Shown here piece by piece: positions 21,614-34,280 of a stretch of 62,494 nt of DNA (position 1 is its first letter; each line of letters opens with the position of its first letter). The DNA is taken from positions 1-62,494 of the forward strand of contig JABLTG010000125.1 in assembly GCA_016618085.1 (NCBI GenBank). Direction: 5' to 3'. A program made the translations under genes and the position numbers. The notes beneath the pieces were generated by a model. The model was not told the DNA's origin. It ran no database searches and worked only from the letters and a program-made list of their open reading frames with translations. Source of the stretch: Neovahlkampfia damariscottae. Taxonomy: Eukaryota.

Positions 21614-24600
21614 ATGAATAATTTTGGGAACTCAAAGATTTATAACAGGATAACTAGCTCCAAGGATAAATTTATTTTCAATTCAAAAGTGAAAATAGCG
21701 TTGATCCTTTTTGTTTCTTTATTCACAACAACCTTTTCCAAACATTTTTATGGTTGTGGAAGTAATTCATACAACTTGTTAACTAAAGAATCACCTGGTG
21801 ATCCATCAATTCCTGGAAAAATGGATACAGATTCAAACACAACTCAAGTAGCTTCAGGGCATTACTACAACACTTACGTGATGAAAAAAGATGGTACTGT
21901 TTATGCCACTGGAAAAAATCACAAAGGTCAATTAGGTGATGGAACTTATAATTATCAACAACAACTTACAAAGACAAAAGTTCAAAATGCAAAAAAAATT
22001 TATGTTGGACAAATGAATTGTTTTGTGGTGACAAACGATGGTGAACTTTTTGGTTTTGGAGAAAATACTTATGGACAATTAGGAGATGGAACTGATCAAT
22101 TGAGAGAAAATCCAACAAAAATTCCAGGAATGAATGATGTAAAAGAAGTTGCTACTGGCTTGGATCATACTTTGGTTTTGGTTGGAAATGGAACAATTTT
22201 CAGCTTTGGTAAGAATTTGAATGGACAATTAGGTCACTCAAATAAAACAAACACAAATGTTCCTTCAAAAGTGAATATCATTTCACCAATTGTTCACATT
22301 GCAGCTGGTCACACTCATTCTTTAGTTTTAAGCAACAATACAAAGCATTTTTATGGATTCGGATCAAATAATAATGCAGAACTTGGATTTTACAATCCTG
22401 GAAGTTATGATATCCCACAACAAGTCATCTTTTTGATAGCCATTGAGCAATTTGCTTGTGGAAATTCGTTTTCAATGATATTAACTCAATTCAGAACAGT
22501 CTATGTTTTTGGAATCAATAATGTAGGTCAATTAGGTACAGGTGAAACTACACCAATCAATACACCGACATTAAATACTAATTTGATAAATATTAAACAG
22601 TTGTCATGTGGAAAAACTCATTGTTTAGCATTGAATTCAAATGGAACGGTGTTTAGTTTTGGTGAAAATAATAAAGGCCAATTAGGTGATGGAACGAAAA
22701 CGAACTCATTAATTCCAATTGATATTAAAGTTGCAAATGCTACTCAGGTTTCAGCTGGTGTTGAATTATCTTCTGTTCTTGATTCAAATGGAAATGCTTT
22801 TAGTTTTGGAGACGACACTCATGGTCAATTAGGAAGAAAATTAATTCCATTTCAATTTTTGCGTGATTTCTCAGTTAGTGATGAACAACACATTGGACTC
22901 GATTTTTCATTACTTTTGACCACAAGAGGAAAAATTTATGGAATTGGAAAGAATTCTTATGGACAATTAGGAGATGGAACAAAATTTAGCAAAATTCGTC
23001 CAACATTGAATCCTGTACTTAAAGATGTGATTCAAGTTTCTGTTGGAGCTCATTTTTCACTTGTTCTTTTTCGATCACAAACTGTAGGATCTTTTGGACG
23101 AAATAACGATGGTCAACTTGGAACTGGTGATCGTTCAGATACAGCAGATGTAAGTAATGTGATTGGAGCCACTAATATTACTCAAATATCCGCAGGTGGA
23201 TATCATTCGTTAATACTGGCTTCCAATGGTACAGTTTATTCATTTGGAAATAATTTATTTGGACAACTTGGAACTGGAACCACAACTTTTGCAGATATAC
23301 CTCAAACAACTGTTGGTGGAAATACGCGTGTTATTTCTCAATTGTCAGCTGGAAATTATTATTCATTGCTGTTATCTTCCACCGGAATTGTATTTTCTTT
23401 TGGAAAAAATAGTTTTGCTCAACTTGGTATTGACAACACTAGAAATCAAGTGATTCCAATGGAAATCCAAATTACCAATATTTCAACCATTTCAGCTGGA
23501 AATACTCATTCATTGATAATCAATGAAACTGGCCATCTTTTTGGTTTTGGAAGCAATAATGGAGAGTTAACTATAGGTGGTACAGTTGCAGCAACTACAG
23601 TGAAAAAACCTGCTTGGATATCGTTTGACTCAAAAATCAAACAAGTTCGAGCTGGAGATAAATCATCTTATGTAGTGGACGAAAATGGTTTTCTTTTTGT
23701 TTTTGGAGATAATTCATTTGGAAAATTATGTGATGGAAGTTTTCTCACAAGAAAATTGCCAACAAGAGTACCTTCCACACTAAATCTAGCGAATGCGGTT
23801 ATTCAACGATCTTATTCATTGACACCACTTGCAAGTTTTTCATTTGCATATAATATTACACTCATTACACCTCCTGAATTTGGATGCTTTGGAAAAAAAT
23901 CAACAGAAGCTTCTGTTTGTTCTTCTTATGGGACATGTATTAGTGTTGATACATGCTCATGTTTTACTGGATACTCTGGATTGGAATGTGAAAAAACACG
24001 TTGTTTTGGAGTATTATCATCAGATCCTTCAGTATGTTCATCTAACGGGATTTGTTCAGCACCTGATCGTTGTCTATGTGAAAAAGGATTCACTGGAAAT
24101 AATTGTTCCACTAATACAACTCAAAATATTGTTGTCTCACCTCAATGCGTTGTTTTTGATGACAATTATATTACTTATTATCAAAAGGAAATGAAATATT
24201 TTCTTGAAGCAAATATATGTTCTTCAAAATCTGGATGGGGTGGAATATCTTTTCATCAAAAAGATGGAATGTCAACAGCATCATTCATTATTGTATCTTG
24301 GATTCAAAATGGATTTACTCATTTTAAAGAATTAAAATATCATTCTATTAATGGAATCAATAGATTTCAAGAATATCCAACTTTAGGAATCAAATTACCA
24401 AAAGATCAATCATTGGAACAATATGAATTTAATGATAAACAAAGATTCTCAATTGAAATTGACGAAGAATTACTGAAAAAATATGACTATATTACGATTG
24501 CTTGTAATATTAATCCAATTGTCAGCAACTCTACATTTTCATATCATCAAACTATTAAAACAGTAAATTATAATGTCACTTCAGCATCATTGTCAGTTTG

Positions 24601-25999
24601 TGATGTCACAGTGCTATCAGGATTCTCAAAAAGAATATCAGATGTAAATTCAACTGTATGGATCGTTGAATTGTCATTTTACATTATCTTCTTTTTTGTT
24701 GCATTTTTGTACAAAGATTCACAACCTCTTGCTTCGCGTGGAATTGTTCCATTTCTTTCAATTGTATCACAATATGGAGCTTCATTCACATCATTTCAAC
24801 ATTTCTTTTTTTATTTAGGCTGGAGATCAAAATATTCATGCTATTTGCATTCATTATTATACGAGAATATGCTTTCATTGATTTTTTTGTTGATGCCTTT
24901 GAATTATTTTAGATTTGTTTTATTGATTAATTTCAATAGAGAAAAGAGTCACATTTCAGAAACATCAACAACCAGTTTGTATTTTAAATTTATCACTTTA
25001 TTGAAATATTTATCAAAACCACTGTTAATCTTATGGATATCTCTTGGATTTTTGTTACTTTCATCAATGGTTGATTTAGCTGTTATTTTTATCATACCAG
25101 CACATTTTCAATGTACCACTACAAAATCGTATATCATTTATGGAATTCATTTGTGCTTTAATTTATTTTTTGGAAGTATTTTGTTTTTCGTTTTACTTGT
25201 TGATATTATTTTATCAATTATAAACTTGTTCAGAGATTATTTTCGTTCAAAATTATATGAGAAACATGCATTTTTGAAAAGCATTTTAGGAGCAATTCAA
25301 AATTTTCTTTACAAAAATGATCCTTATTATTTTAGATTGGAACAATTTTTTGCATTTTCAATATTCATATTTTATGTTCTACTAGAATTTTCTGCTTATA
25401 ATTCATTGATATTTGGTTCAAATTCATATAATTTTTATGTTGGTCAATATTTGAATGTTTATGGAAGAAGTATCATTGCTTATTCATTTGTTGTTTATCA
25501 AGCATTTTTCCCTTTTTGTTTAACTTTGTTTTTCAAATTTACAGCATTTCTTCGAAGAATCTTTAAGAGAAATAAGAAACGATTATTTTATATGGAAGAA
25601 TGTCTCGCAAATGAACAAAGTTTTGGATTGTTTTTTAAATTTGCAGTTGAAGAATGGGCTCAAGAAAATTTAGTTGCTTGGAGATCAATTGAAAAATACA
25701 AAAAAGCAACTGGGGAAAACAAAAGAAATATCGCATTTGATATTTACTATTGCCATTTGAATGGAGATATGTCACCATTAGAAATTAATATTGATTCAAA
25801 GAATTGCGTAAAAGTGTTCAAAATTATCAATGATGATACCTTGATTCTTGAAAATAATGTTTTCGAAGATGTTGAAAAAGTGTTAAAAGTCAACATTTCA
25901 GATACTTATGCCAGATTCATTTACACAGATGCCTATCAAAATTTTGGAAAAAATTCAGAATTTAGAGAAGAAGAATTGAAAGAAATTAAAGGATTTTAA
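21614..25999 (+). CDS. Receptor-like protein: RCC1 repeats, EGF-like repeats, multi-TM region, C-terminal RGS domain
   Basis: Many FGxNxxGQLG repeats, CSxxGxC EGF motifs, about 7 hydrophobic segments, FAVEEWAQENL...SPLEINI RGS motif; intronless. Confidence 0.9.
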   Translation: MNNFGNSKIYNRITSSKDKFIFNSKVKIALILFVSLFTTTFSKHFYGCGSNSYNLLTKESPGDPSIPGKMDTDSNTTQVASGHYYNTYVMKKDGTVYATGKNHKGQLGDGTYNYQQQLTKTKVQNAKKIYVGQMNCFVVTNDGELFGFGENTYGQLGDGTDQLRENPTKIPGMNDVKEVATGLDHTLVLVGNGTIFSFGKNLNGQLGHSNKTNTNVPSKVNIISPIVHIAAGHTHSLVLSNNTKHFYGFGSNNNAELGFYNPGSYDIPQQVIFLIAIEQFACGNSFSMILTQFRTVYVFGINNVGQLGTGETTPINTPTLNTNLINIKQLSCGKTHCLALNSNGTVFSFGENNKGQLGDGTKTNSLIPIDIKVANATQVSAGVELSSVLDSNGNAFSFGDDTHGQLGRKLIPFQFLRDFSVSDEQHIGLDFSLLLTTRGKIYGIGKNSYGQLGDGTKFSKIRPTLNPVLKDVIQVSVGAHFSLVLFRSQTVGSFGRNNDGQLGTGDRSDTADVSNVIGATNITQISAGGYHSLILASNGTVYSFGNNLFGQLGTGTTTFADIPQTTVGGNTRVISQLSAGNYYSLLLSSTGIVFSFGKNSFAQLGIDNTRNQVIPMEIQITNISTISAGNTHSLIINETGHLFGFGSNNGELTIGGTVAATTVKKPAWISFDSKIKQVRAGDKSSYVVDENGFLFVFGDNSFGKLCDGSFLTRKLPTRVPSTLNLANAVIQRSYSLTPLASFSFAYNITLITPPEFGCFGKKSTEASVCSSYGTCISVDTCSCFTGYSGLECEKTRCFGVLSSDPSVCSSNGICSAPDRCLCEKGFTGNNCSTNTTQNIVVSPQCVVFDDNYITYYQKEMKYFLEANICSSKSGWGGISFHQKDGMSTASFIIVSWIQNGFTHFKELKYHSINGINRFQEYPTLGIKLPKDQSLEQYEFNDKQRFSIEIDEELLKKYDYITIACNINPIVSNSTFSYHQTIKTVNYNVTSASLSVCDVTVLSGFSKRISDVNSTVWIVELSFYIIFFFVAFLYKDSQPLASRGIVPFLSIVSQYGASFTSFQHFFFYLGWRSKYSCYLHSLLYENMLSLIFLLMPLNYFRFVLLINFNREKSHISETSTTSLYFKFITLLKYLSKPLLILWISLGFLLLSSMVDLAVIFIIPAHFQCTTTKSYIIYGIHLCFNLFFGSILFFVLLVDIILSIINLFRDYFRSKLYEKHAFLKSILGAIQNFLYKNDPYYFRLEQFFAFSIFIFYVLLEFSAYNSLIFGSNSYNFYVGQYLNVYGRSIIAYSFVVYQAFFPFCLTLFFKFTAFLRRIFKRNKKRLFYMEECLANEQSFGLFFKFAVEEWAQENLVAWRSIEKYKKATGENKRNIAFDIYYCHLNGDMSPLEINIDSKNCVKVFKIINDDTLILENNVFEDVEKVLKVNISDTYARFIYTDAYQNFGKNSEFREEELKEIKGF

Positions 26000-26177
26000 T
26001 GATATAATGACTGTCTTGTTTTTTTTTGCTCAAATTTTTAGGAATTTTGGGAGTTGTTGGGAATACTTGGATGGAGGGATAAGGATCAATTGCATCTTGT
26101 TCACTTGGAACGATGTACAGCATGGCATGGAAGAAAAATTTTACTTATTTAATTAAAATTCTCATCAATTGAATGCT

Positions 26178-27278
26178 TCATTTTCGGTCTCTGAATTTAA
26201 AATTCAAATCGAACATATGATTCCAACCATTGTGCACAGGAAAATTTCGTTTCATTTTGTCCATTATAATGTTTAACATTAAAAGATGTCTTCTTCTTTC
26301 TTTCAATGGAGAATTGGGTGAAATTGAAAATGTAAAATCCAAAATATGATTGTGTTTTTCAATATAATCCACAAATATCTGTTCAGATTCTTCTTTAAAA
26401 GGATTCGAAAAAATATGAAATGATCTTATATTTTTCATTTCATTCAAATATTCAATCACCAAATTATGATCATCAATTTCGTTATTCTTCAAACTTAAAG
26501 TATGAAAATTTGGATTATTTTTCAATGAACGCATAATTTTTTCGAACAAACGATTATTTATCATTGAATAATCAAGTAACAAAGTAGTTAATGTTTTGTT
26601 AAAATAAAGACTGGATATTATGCCATGTATTGAATAATCAAAATGTGAAAGATTCAAAATCTTCAGTTGATTGTTACACTGGATCAGTCCATCAAAGGTT
26701 CTTTCCAGAGAATTGGGATCTACACCAAATTCTGGCTTCATAGAAGACAACTTCAATTCAGTTATTGTTCTATGTGATTTTAAACATGAACATAATGCAT
26801 GTGTCAATTGATATGAACAAATTTCATTTTCGTCCCCAGAAAAATCAACTGAAGTTAAAGATCTATTTTTTTCCAATCCAGCACAAAATATTGTTCTACC
26901 CTTTACTGTGGTTTTGGAAAGATTGAACATTTTTAAAGTTGTTAATCTGTCAGTTTCAGCAATAAAATCACCAATTTCAATAAAACCTTTTTCTCTCACT
27001 GCATTTGAACTGAAATCTAAAGAAGTCAAATTTGGTAGTTTTTTGATATGTTTAAATAATTCAATTGTATCATCATCTTTAACGAAGTTATTGCCAGAAA
27101 GTTTCAATACTTTAATTTCTGGGTGTTTATCAAAGAAGTTTGTGAATAATTCAGTTCTATCATTGTCAGAAGGGTAATTTTCGCCTGTAGAGTTGGAAAA
27201 ATTAATTACGGTGGTGGATTTATATTTTTCGAGTATTTTTATTGTTTCTTCAAATTTTGTTTTCCACTCTCTTTTCAT
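26178..27278 (-). CDS. RNI-like leucine-rich repeat protein with C-terminal FDLNFKF tail
   Basis: LxxLxLxxN repeats (LKLSGNN, LDFSSNAV, LSLKNNEI). Confidence 0.85.
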   Translation of the reverse strand: MKREWKTKFEETIKILEKYKSTTVINFSNSTGENYPSDNDRTELFTNFFDKHPEIKVLKLSGNNFVKDDDTIELFKHIKKLPNLTSLDFSSNAVREKGFIEIGDFIAETDRLTTLKMFNLSKTTVKGRTIFCAGLEKNRSLTSVDFSGDENEICSYQLTHALCSCLKSHRTITELKLSSMKPEFGVDPNSLERTFDGLIQCNNQLKILNLSHFDYSIHGIISSLYFNKTLTTLLLDYSMINNRLFEKIMRSLKNNPNFHTLSLKNNEIDDHNLVIEYLNEMKNIRSFHIFSNPFKEESEQIFVDYIEKHNHILDFTFSISPNSPLKERRRHLLMLNIIMDKMKRNFPVHNGWNHMFDLNFKFRDRK

Positions 27279-27393
27279 GGATTTTTATTTGAAGAAAAAA
27301 TTGATTGGTTGTTTTTTAATTGCCAAAACCTTAGTACAATCTAGCTTTTACAATTCCTGGGTAAAATAGTCAGACGAAAATAATGATAAAATT

Positions 27394-29029
27394 TTATTGG
27401 ATTTTTCTTTTTTTTAATACGAATGGTAAATCAAATCTTGGTAATGTAGTCACAAATTGAATTTCATCTTCATATTTTTTGACATCAATACCTTCTTTAA
27501 AATGAATTGAATATTTTTGTATTAAGCAACATAGAATAATTGTTCCTTCAACTTCAGCAAATTTAGATCCAATACAATTTCTCTTTCCATATGAAAATGC
27601 CATTAAATGAGAAGGATTATATGAGTCCATGAATCTATCTGGATTAAATTCCAATGGATTTTCCCAAAGTTTTTCACTTTTATGAACACCAGGAAAGAAA
27701 AGTCCGAATTGTGTATTTTTTGGAAATTCGACATCTCCAAGTGTTACTTTTTCGATGTTCTTTTTGACTGTTAATTTAACAGGTGCGTGTAATCTTAATG
27801 TTTCTTTGAATACGCAAAATGCATATTTCAATTTTTTGAAATCTTCATAGACTGGATCTCTTCCTTTGAGAACACCATAAACTTCTTGAAATAACTTTTC
27901 TTGAACTTTTGGGTTTGAAGCTAAACATTGCATTGCCCAATGTAAAGTACCTGCAGTTCTTTTAATGTCAAAAAAAAATCAATTTCATCTTACGTTTCAT
28001 GACCAGCAAAAAAGAAAATGAACATATTAGAAATTAATTCTTCATCACTTAATTTAAATTCAGAATCTTCAGCATCTCTTGCTTTCAGCATCATTTGAAT
28101 CAAAGCATCTTGTGAGTTATCATCAATTTGTTTTAAAAGACCTTTTTCTAACATGAATTTACCATAAGCCATGAAATCATCAACAGATTTTGATTGTTTT
28201 TTGAATTGTCCAAAAGGTATATTTCTTGCAATTCTCTTTGTTAATAATAAATTTACGACCAATCCTGAAATAATGTTCATTAAAGAATCAACGATTGTCA
28301 TTGATACATTTTTTGGAATTTCTCCTTCTTTGTAATCTTTGATATCCATTGGATTTAAAGCTTTTGCTTCAATTCCAAAAATAGATGATGACAAAACGTC
28401 TAATGCTAAAGCTGTAAATGGTTGTCTTGAAAATGCTGATTAATTGTTTTTTTCATCTTCTTACTTCAAACATAATTCATTTTCTTCATTTGTTAATTTT
28501 TCGTTCATGAGTTGATTTGTAAATTTAGCTGTTGCATTACATACAAATCCTAAATATGCATCTTGTGAAAAAACAGGATTGAATAATAATCTTTGATGTT
28601 TCCATTCTTCTCCAGTTGTAGTCAAAACATTTGGACCAAATGCATCTAATAGGTCATAGACTTCAACAGGTTTGATGAAAGACTTTGATTTTTTGATACA
28701 AATGTCATGAATTATTTGATAATCACTTTCGGAGAATTAAAAAATAATGTTTCTTACCAAACTGAAATGCTGACATAAAATCCGATGATTTGTTTTACGA
28801 ATGGTGTGTTGTATTTTTTTGATGTTTCAAAAATTATCCTTTCAGTTTCTAAAGGTGTAGGTTTTCCTAAGTATTCAGCAAAAGGAAAAGCTGGATGAAT
28901 GAAATGTGCGCTTCCAATTGGAATTCCTTTTGCTTTTTCAGTGTAATAAAGGATATTCCATCTGATATAGAGATAGATGAAGTAAATAGGAACGAGAGCA
29001 AGACATCCAAGTACGATTTGCAATAACAT
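27394..29029 (-). CDS. Cytochrome P450 (3 introns)
   Basis: N-terminal TM, AGHETTA I-helix (spliced), ETLR, PDRF, FSYGKRNCIG heme motif. Confidence 0.96.
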
Positions 29030-29752
29030 TTTGATTTTGTCCAATGAAAAATTAGCTAACCTCCACATTCAAAAATAGAAACTGAAAAAAATCCGATTGG
29101 TCTAGCAAAATGATTGAATCGAAAAAAGTTGCTTATTTATGCATAATTTACTGTGAAACTTAAACGTTTCGAATGAATCGGAAAAAAATTTCATTTGTCA
29201 ATCCCAATTTGGGTAAATCTAAAAAGATTTTGTTGCATACAATTGCCGGACTCATTCTTTTATCTTTTTTCAATGGCTTGTAGGTCACATTTTCGTCAAT
29301 AATTAATAAAAATTATTCAAATATTCTCCAAAACACTCATCCCTTGAAATCTCTCTTGAGATTTTCTGTAGCTAAAGAAATTAAGTAATGGTTGTTACAA
29401 ATCTCAGAGTTTCTCAGATTTCCGATTTCTGAGTGAATGACATATTCAAGTTGGAACATTCCTCTTGATATCGATACAAAGATAGGGAAAGTTGCTTGTG
29501 GAATTTCCAAAATAGAATTGACCAATCGGAATTCTAAGTATCATTTAGTTTGATTGTCAATGGAAATTTGAATATTCGCAATGGTTGGACGGAAATTCGG
29601 AATCTGGGTATTTTTAGTTCTCAGAACACACTGTCATACAAGTGAATTTAAACAGAAAAAAAAATCTTTTCAATTTGGAAGAGATTCCTTATTTTTTTGC
29701 AGTCACAAATGGGAGGAAATTTAAAATTTAGTCAGAAAACAAAAAATTTGAA

Positions 29753-29823
29753 CTCCGATGCCGGGAATCGAACCCGGGTCGCCTGGGTGAAAGCCAGATA
29801 TCCTGCCACTAGACTACATCGGA
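29753..29823 (-). tRNA. tRNA-Glu(TTC)
   Basis: TCCGATG...CTGG-CT-TTC-AC-CCAG...GGTTCGATTCC...CATCGGA-G cloverleaf. Confidence 0.95.
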
Positions 29824-30037
29824 TGTTGTTGTTATATAATCAAAAATTTAAATTGTAACAACGAAAATGTGCGTTTTTGTGATTTCAAAGAACATCATGT
29901 GAAATAATACCCTGTCAGTTAATTATATTGAAAATTGTTTACTTGCTCACAGAAATTTTGTTTTCATGAATTGAAGTATTTGAAAATCATTTAAATAATC
30001 CAAACTCTGGAAAGCAAATTGATTGGTTCAATGTGTA

Positions 30038-30759
30038 ATGAAGAAGGAGAGTCTTACGGAACAATTGACTGAAAATATAAACTACGATGAATTTGATGTC
30101 ATCTCAGATACCAGAGTTTCTGACGACGATGTATATTCATCAAATGGTGAAGGACAAACAGAAACATATTTTCCAAAAAATGTAACCAAAGAACAAAGAA
30201 AAAAAATGGCCAAAGAAATGCGCTCAGCAATTTTAAACTCAGATTTAAGTATGATTGAAGACTTATTGAAAAACAAAAACTATAAGGTCAATGCTTTCAA
30301 AAGAAAATTAGGAATTAAAGCTGGAATAAGAGATGAATATCTATCGGAATTTAATTCTGATTGTGAAGGTGGTTATTCAACTTCTGAATATTCAGGAGAT
30401 GGGTATGAAGACTATGTTCAATACTATTTTATAACTATCCAACAGATGAAAACGGGAATAATTTAAAGCCTGATTATTGTTCATATTATATTACTTGGGA
30501 ATATATGATGTATGTATCACCTTATGTAAGTTGGACACCTTTAATGTATGCATCTGCTTTAGATAATGCTGAAGTGTTCTTAAAGTTACTTGAATTAGGT
30601 GCTGATATTAATGCAAGAGGTCGAAGAAAAATGACAGCTTTGAATATATCAAAAAAAATGAACAACTCCATCAAATTTTTATATTTTCAAACAAAACATT
30701 TCCAATTCCAAAAACAGATGAGATATTTACTTTTAAATTGTAATTTTAAATTTGAATAA
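30038..30759 (+). CDS. Ankyrin-repeat protein with C-terminal LNCNFKFE tail; frame change near 30416-30468 (53-nt intron or 1-nt indel)
   Basis: WTPLMYAS...LLELGADINARG...TAL ankyrin repeat; two ORFs joinable by GT-AG 30416-30468. Confidence 0.7.
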
Positions 30760-30848
30760 ATGTTAGGATTTCTTGTGATGTTTTTGCTGTTGTTTTAATT
30801 TAAACCAACAGATATTGTTATCCAATCAAATTGCGAATTCAAGTTGGC

Positions 30849-33800
30849 ATGAAGTTGAGCAGCGGATTTGTTTGTGAATCAAGTTTTGATTTAAATGGGA
30901 CACCAATTCATTTTTATAAATCCAAAGATACTGGATTACAAATTATGCTTGCTGAAATTGAAGGACCAATGGTTAATTCATACATCACAGTTTCAACAGA
31001 ATCAGACTGTCATGATGGTTGTCCTCATGTTCTTGAGCACTTGGTATTTTTCGGAAGTGAAGATTATCCATATAAAGGTATGCTTGATAAACTCGCAAAT
31101 AGATGTTTTGCACAAGGAACCAGTAAAAACACAAAAGAAATTTGTTAAATTTTTAGACGCTTATACAGATGTTGACCACACTTGTTATGAGTTGAATACA
31201 GTTGGAAAAGAAGGTACAATAAATATGTTACCTGTATACTTGGATCATATTCTTTATCCAACTTTGACAGAATCAGTTCTTCACAAAAAAAATAATTAAT
31301 TTTCAAAAGGGTTTTTACACTGAAGTTCATCACATTGATGAAAAAGGAGAAAATTCAGGAGTTGTTTATGCGGAAATCAAGGGTTTTGAATCAGATACAG
31401 AAGAAATGATTTCATTCAAAGTACAACAAACTCTTTTCAAAAATCACAGTTATGGAAGTGATACAGGAGGTTCTTTGGAAGAATTAAGAAAATTAGACAT
31501 TTCAACAGTTAGAAAATATCATCAAGAATATTACAGACCTGATAATGTGTGCATTGTCATCCTCGGAAAAATTTCAATTCAAGAAGTAATTAGTTCCATT
31601 ACTCCTGTAGAATCTAAAATTATAAAAAAGAATTTCAAACCAAAAAATACAAGACCATGGTCTAATCCATTTGATTCACTTGATAAAAATATTGAAAATG
31701 AAATATTAATTCCAGCAGATGATGATGAAGATGGTTCTGTTGTTTTAGCTTGGAAATATCCACAGTTTAAGTACAATGTAAGAATTTAATTTAATTTTAA
31801 TGATCAGAACTTTTTGGAAAAGAAAGCAATCAAAATTATTTTTGATTATCTTGCTGATACATCCATCAGTCCTCTACAAAAAACAATGGTTGAATCAGAT
31901 GATAATTTTTGTTCAGACATAGAATTTGAAATGGAAAATTATTTAGCAGTTGTTGTAGTATGAACAAAAATACATCTTTTAATTTTCAATTTTCCAGACT
32001 TGTGAACTTTCTGATGTTGAACCAAAGGAATTCAAAAAAGCAAAAAAAAAATTTTTCAAAGAAATTAACAAAATTATTGAAAAAGGAATTGACAAAAAAA
32101 GAATGAAAACTATGTTAAATAGAGCTAAGCTTCAAGTTATCATATTATTATTCAAACTAACTTTTTCAGTATTTGAGTGATTTTGAATCTGAACCATCAG
32201 ATTACATTTCAGAGCATTTTATTCATCATTTTCTTTATGGAACAAATATTGGAGATTTTGAATCAATGATGAAAGAAGTTGAATTAATTGAGGTTTTAGA
32301 ATCTAAAGATGAAAGTTATTGGGTGAATTTAATCAAAACGTAAGAAATTTTTTGAAACTGAAAAATAAGTTTATTTATTGATGAACCACATGCTTGTATT
32401 TATGCAAAACCTGATAGAAAACTAGGAAATAAATTATCAAATGATGAAGAATCAAGAATCAAAAAACAAATATCTCAATTAGGAAAAGAGAAATTGAACC
32501 AATTAGGTGATGATTTGGAAACTGCAAAAAAACAAAATGAATTCCAAATACCAAAGGAGTTATTAGGTAAAAAAATCAATCAACATTCTAATCCAATCAG
32601 AATCATTCAAAATTCCTGACATTCAATCTGTTGAATTTTTCCCAGTTGTGACTTATAGATCAAATTCTATTCCTCAAGATAAACATTCGTAAGTTTTTGA
32701 AAATTAACTTTTTTTCAAAGAATCAAACTACAAAAATTGATTGGAGATGAAAAACAAGATCTTCCAATTTTTATTCAATTTGATCGTAACTTCAAATTTT
32801 TGATTAACTTTTTCTTATAAGATATTCCTGTCAAATTCGTTGAAATTAATGTTTATTTAGACACAACTGAAGTTTCTGATAAATTGAGAAAATATTTGAG
32901 ATTGTTATTTGATTGTATTTTTGAAGTATGAATCATCAAAACAAAAAAACTAACTCCTATAGATGCCAATAAAAAAAAAGAACGAAAATTTATCACATGA
33001 AAAAGTCACAAAAATATTAAGTGAAAATACCATAGATTATGATTCAACAATAGGTTTGAACAGTGAAGATTTTGATTATGATGTTTTTCCCCAATTAATT
33101 AATGTCAAAGTTGAAATTGAACCTTCAAAATTTTCCAAAGGTCTTGAAATTCTAAAAGATACACTTTGGAATACTCAATTTACAAAAGATCGAATTCAAT
33201 TGGCAATTGATCAAATACTTAATGAAGTACCTGAATGTAAAACAGACCCAGGAGTTTTACCAGGTGCAGCTTTAAAACATTTGAATTTTGATCCAAAGAA
33301 ATCAAATCACAATGCTTGTAATTTCCACAATCAAGATAAATTTATTGATTCCTTGGATAAAAAGATGGATAAAGATTATCGATCTATCATCAAAGATTTG
33401 AATGAATTAAGAGATTTCATTACAGATCCAAGTAGAATTTATCTTTCAGTGATTGGTGATTTTACAAAAATTGAAAATGTCAAAAGCTCAATTCTTGAAC
33501 ATTTCTTTAATGAATCAGAAATGATTTATGTTCCAAAAGCGATCAAACATTCAAGAGATTTATTGAGAAAAGGTGTTAATGATTGTTCAAAAGCAAAAGA
33601 TGGAATTATCTTTGGATTGAGTGCAACTGAAACAACATCACTTGATCAAACCTGCCCAGGTATTACATCATCATCAGACCCAGATTTACCTGCACTTTTA
33701 GTTTTAATTGAATATTTAACAGGTTCTGAAAGTATCTTTTGGAGTAAAATCAGAGGATTTGGATTATGTTATCAATTTGGAATTACTGTCGAAATTGAAC

Positions 33801-34273
33801 AAGGTTTAATTTATTTCAATATTTCAGATAGTACCAATATATTTAAAGCATATATGGAATCAAAAAAAATTATTGATGATATTCTAAAGAACAGTCAATT
33901 TGATCAAACTCTTATTGACTCTTCAAAATCAGCAATTTCTTATGAAGTGATTTCATTGGAAGAAACAATTTATGATTCAGCATATCAAAGAATGTCTCAT
34001 TATTTTGAAGGTTTACCATCAGATCATAATGAAATCATGTTAAAAAGAATATCAGTAAGTCGTAGTTTTTTTGTTCAATTTTGACCATATTAGGAAGTCA
34101 CTGAAGATGATTTGATAATAGTTTTCAAAAAATATTTGGTAAATTTGTTTGATGAAAAATATTCAAATTCTGTCATTTGTACAAATTCAAAGAAAGTTTC
34201 AGAAATTCAAAACGATTTCAAACAAGTGCGAAATTTTATCAAAGGAAATCCTGTCAAATTCTTTGAAAAATAA
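30849..34273 (+). CDS. M16-family (insulinase-like) zinc metallopeptidase, 11 introns
   Basis: HVLEHLVFFGSEDYPYKG (HxxEH), spliced GTNAYTD, GVVYAE, TGG; all introns GT-AG and frame-restoring. Confidence 0.92.
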
Positions 34274-34280
34274 AAATTCT

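Noticed and set aside
25986..26123. 45-aa minus-strand ORF MLYIVPSEQDAIDPYP...
   Set aside because: No recognisable motif and it overlaps the end of the RGS gene; cannot be supported.
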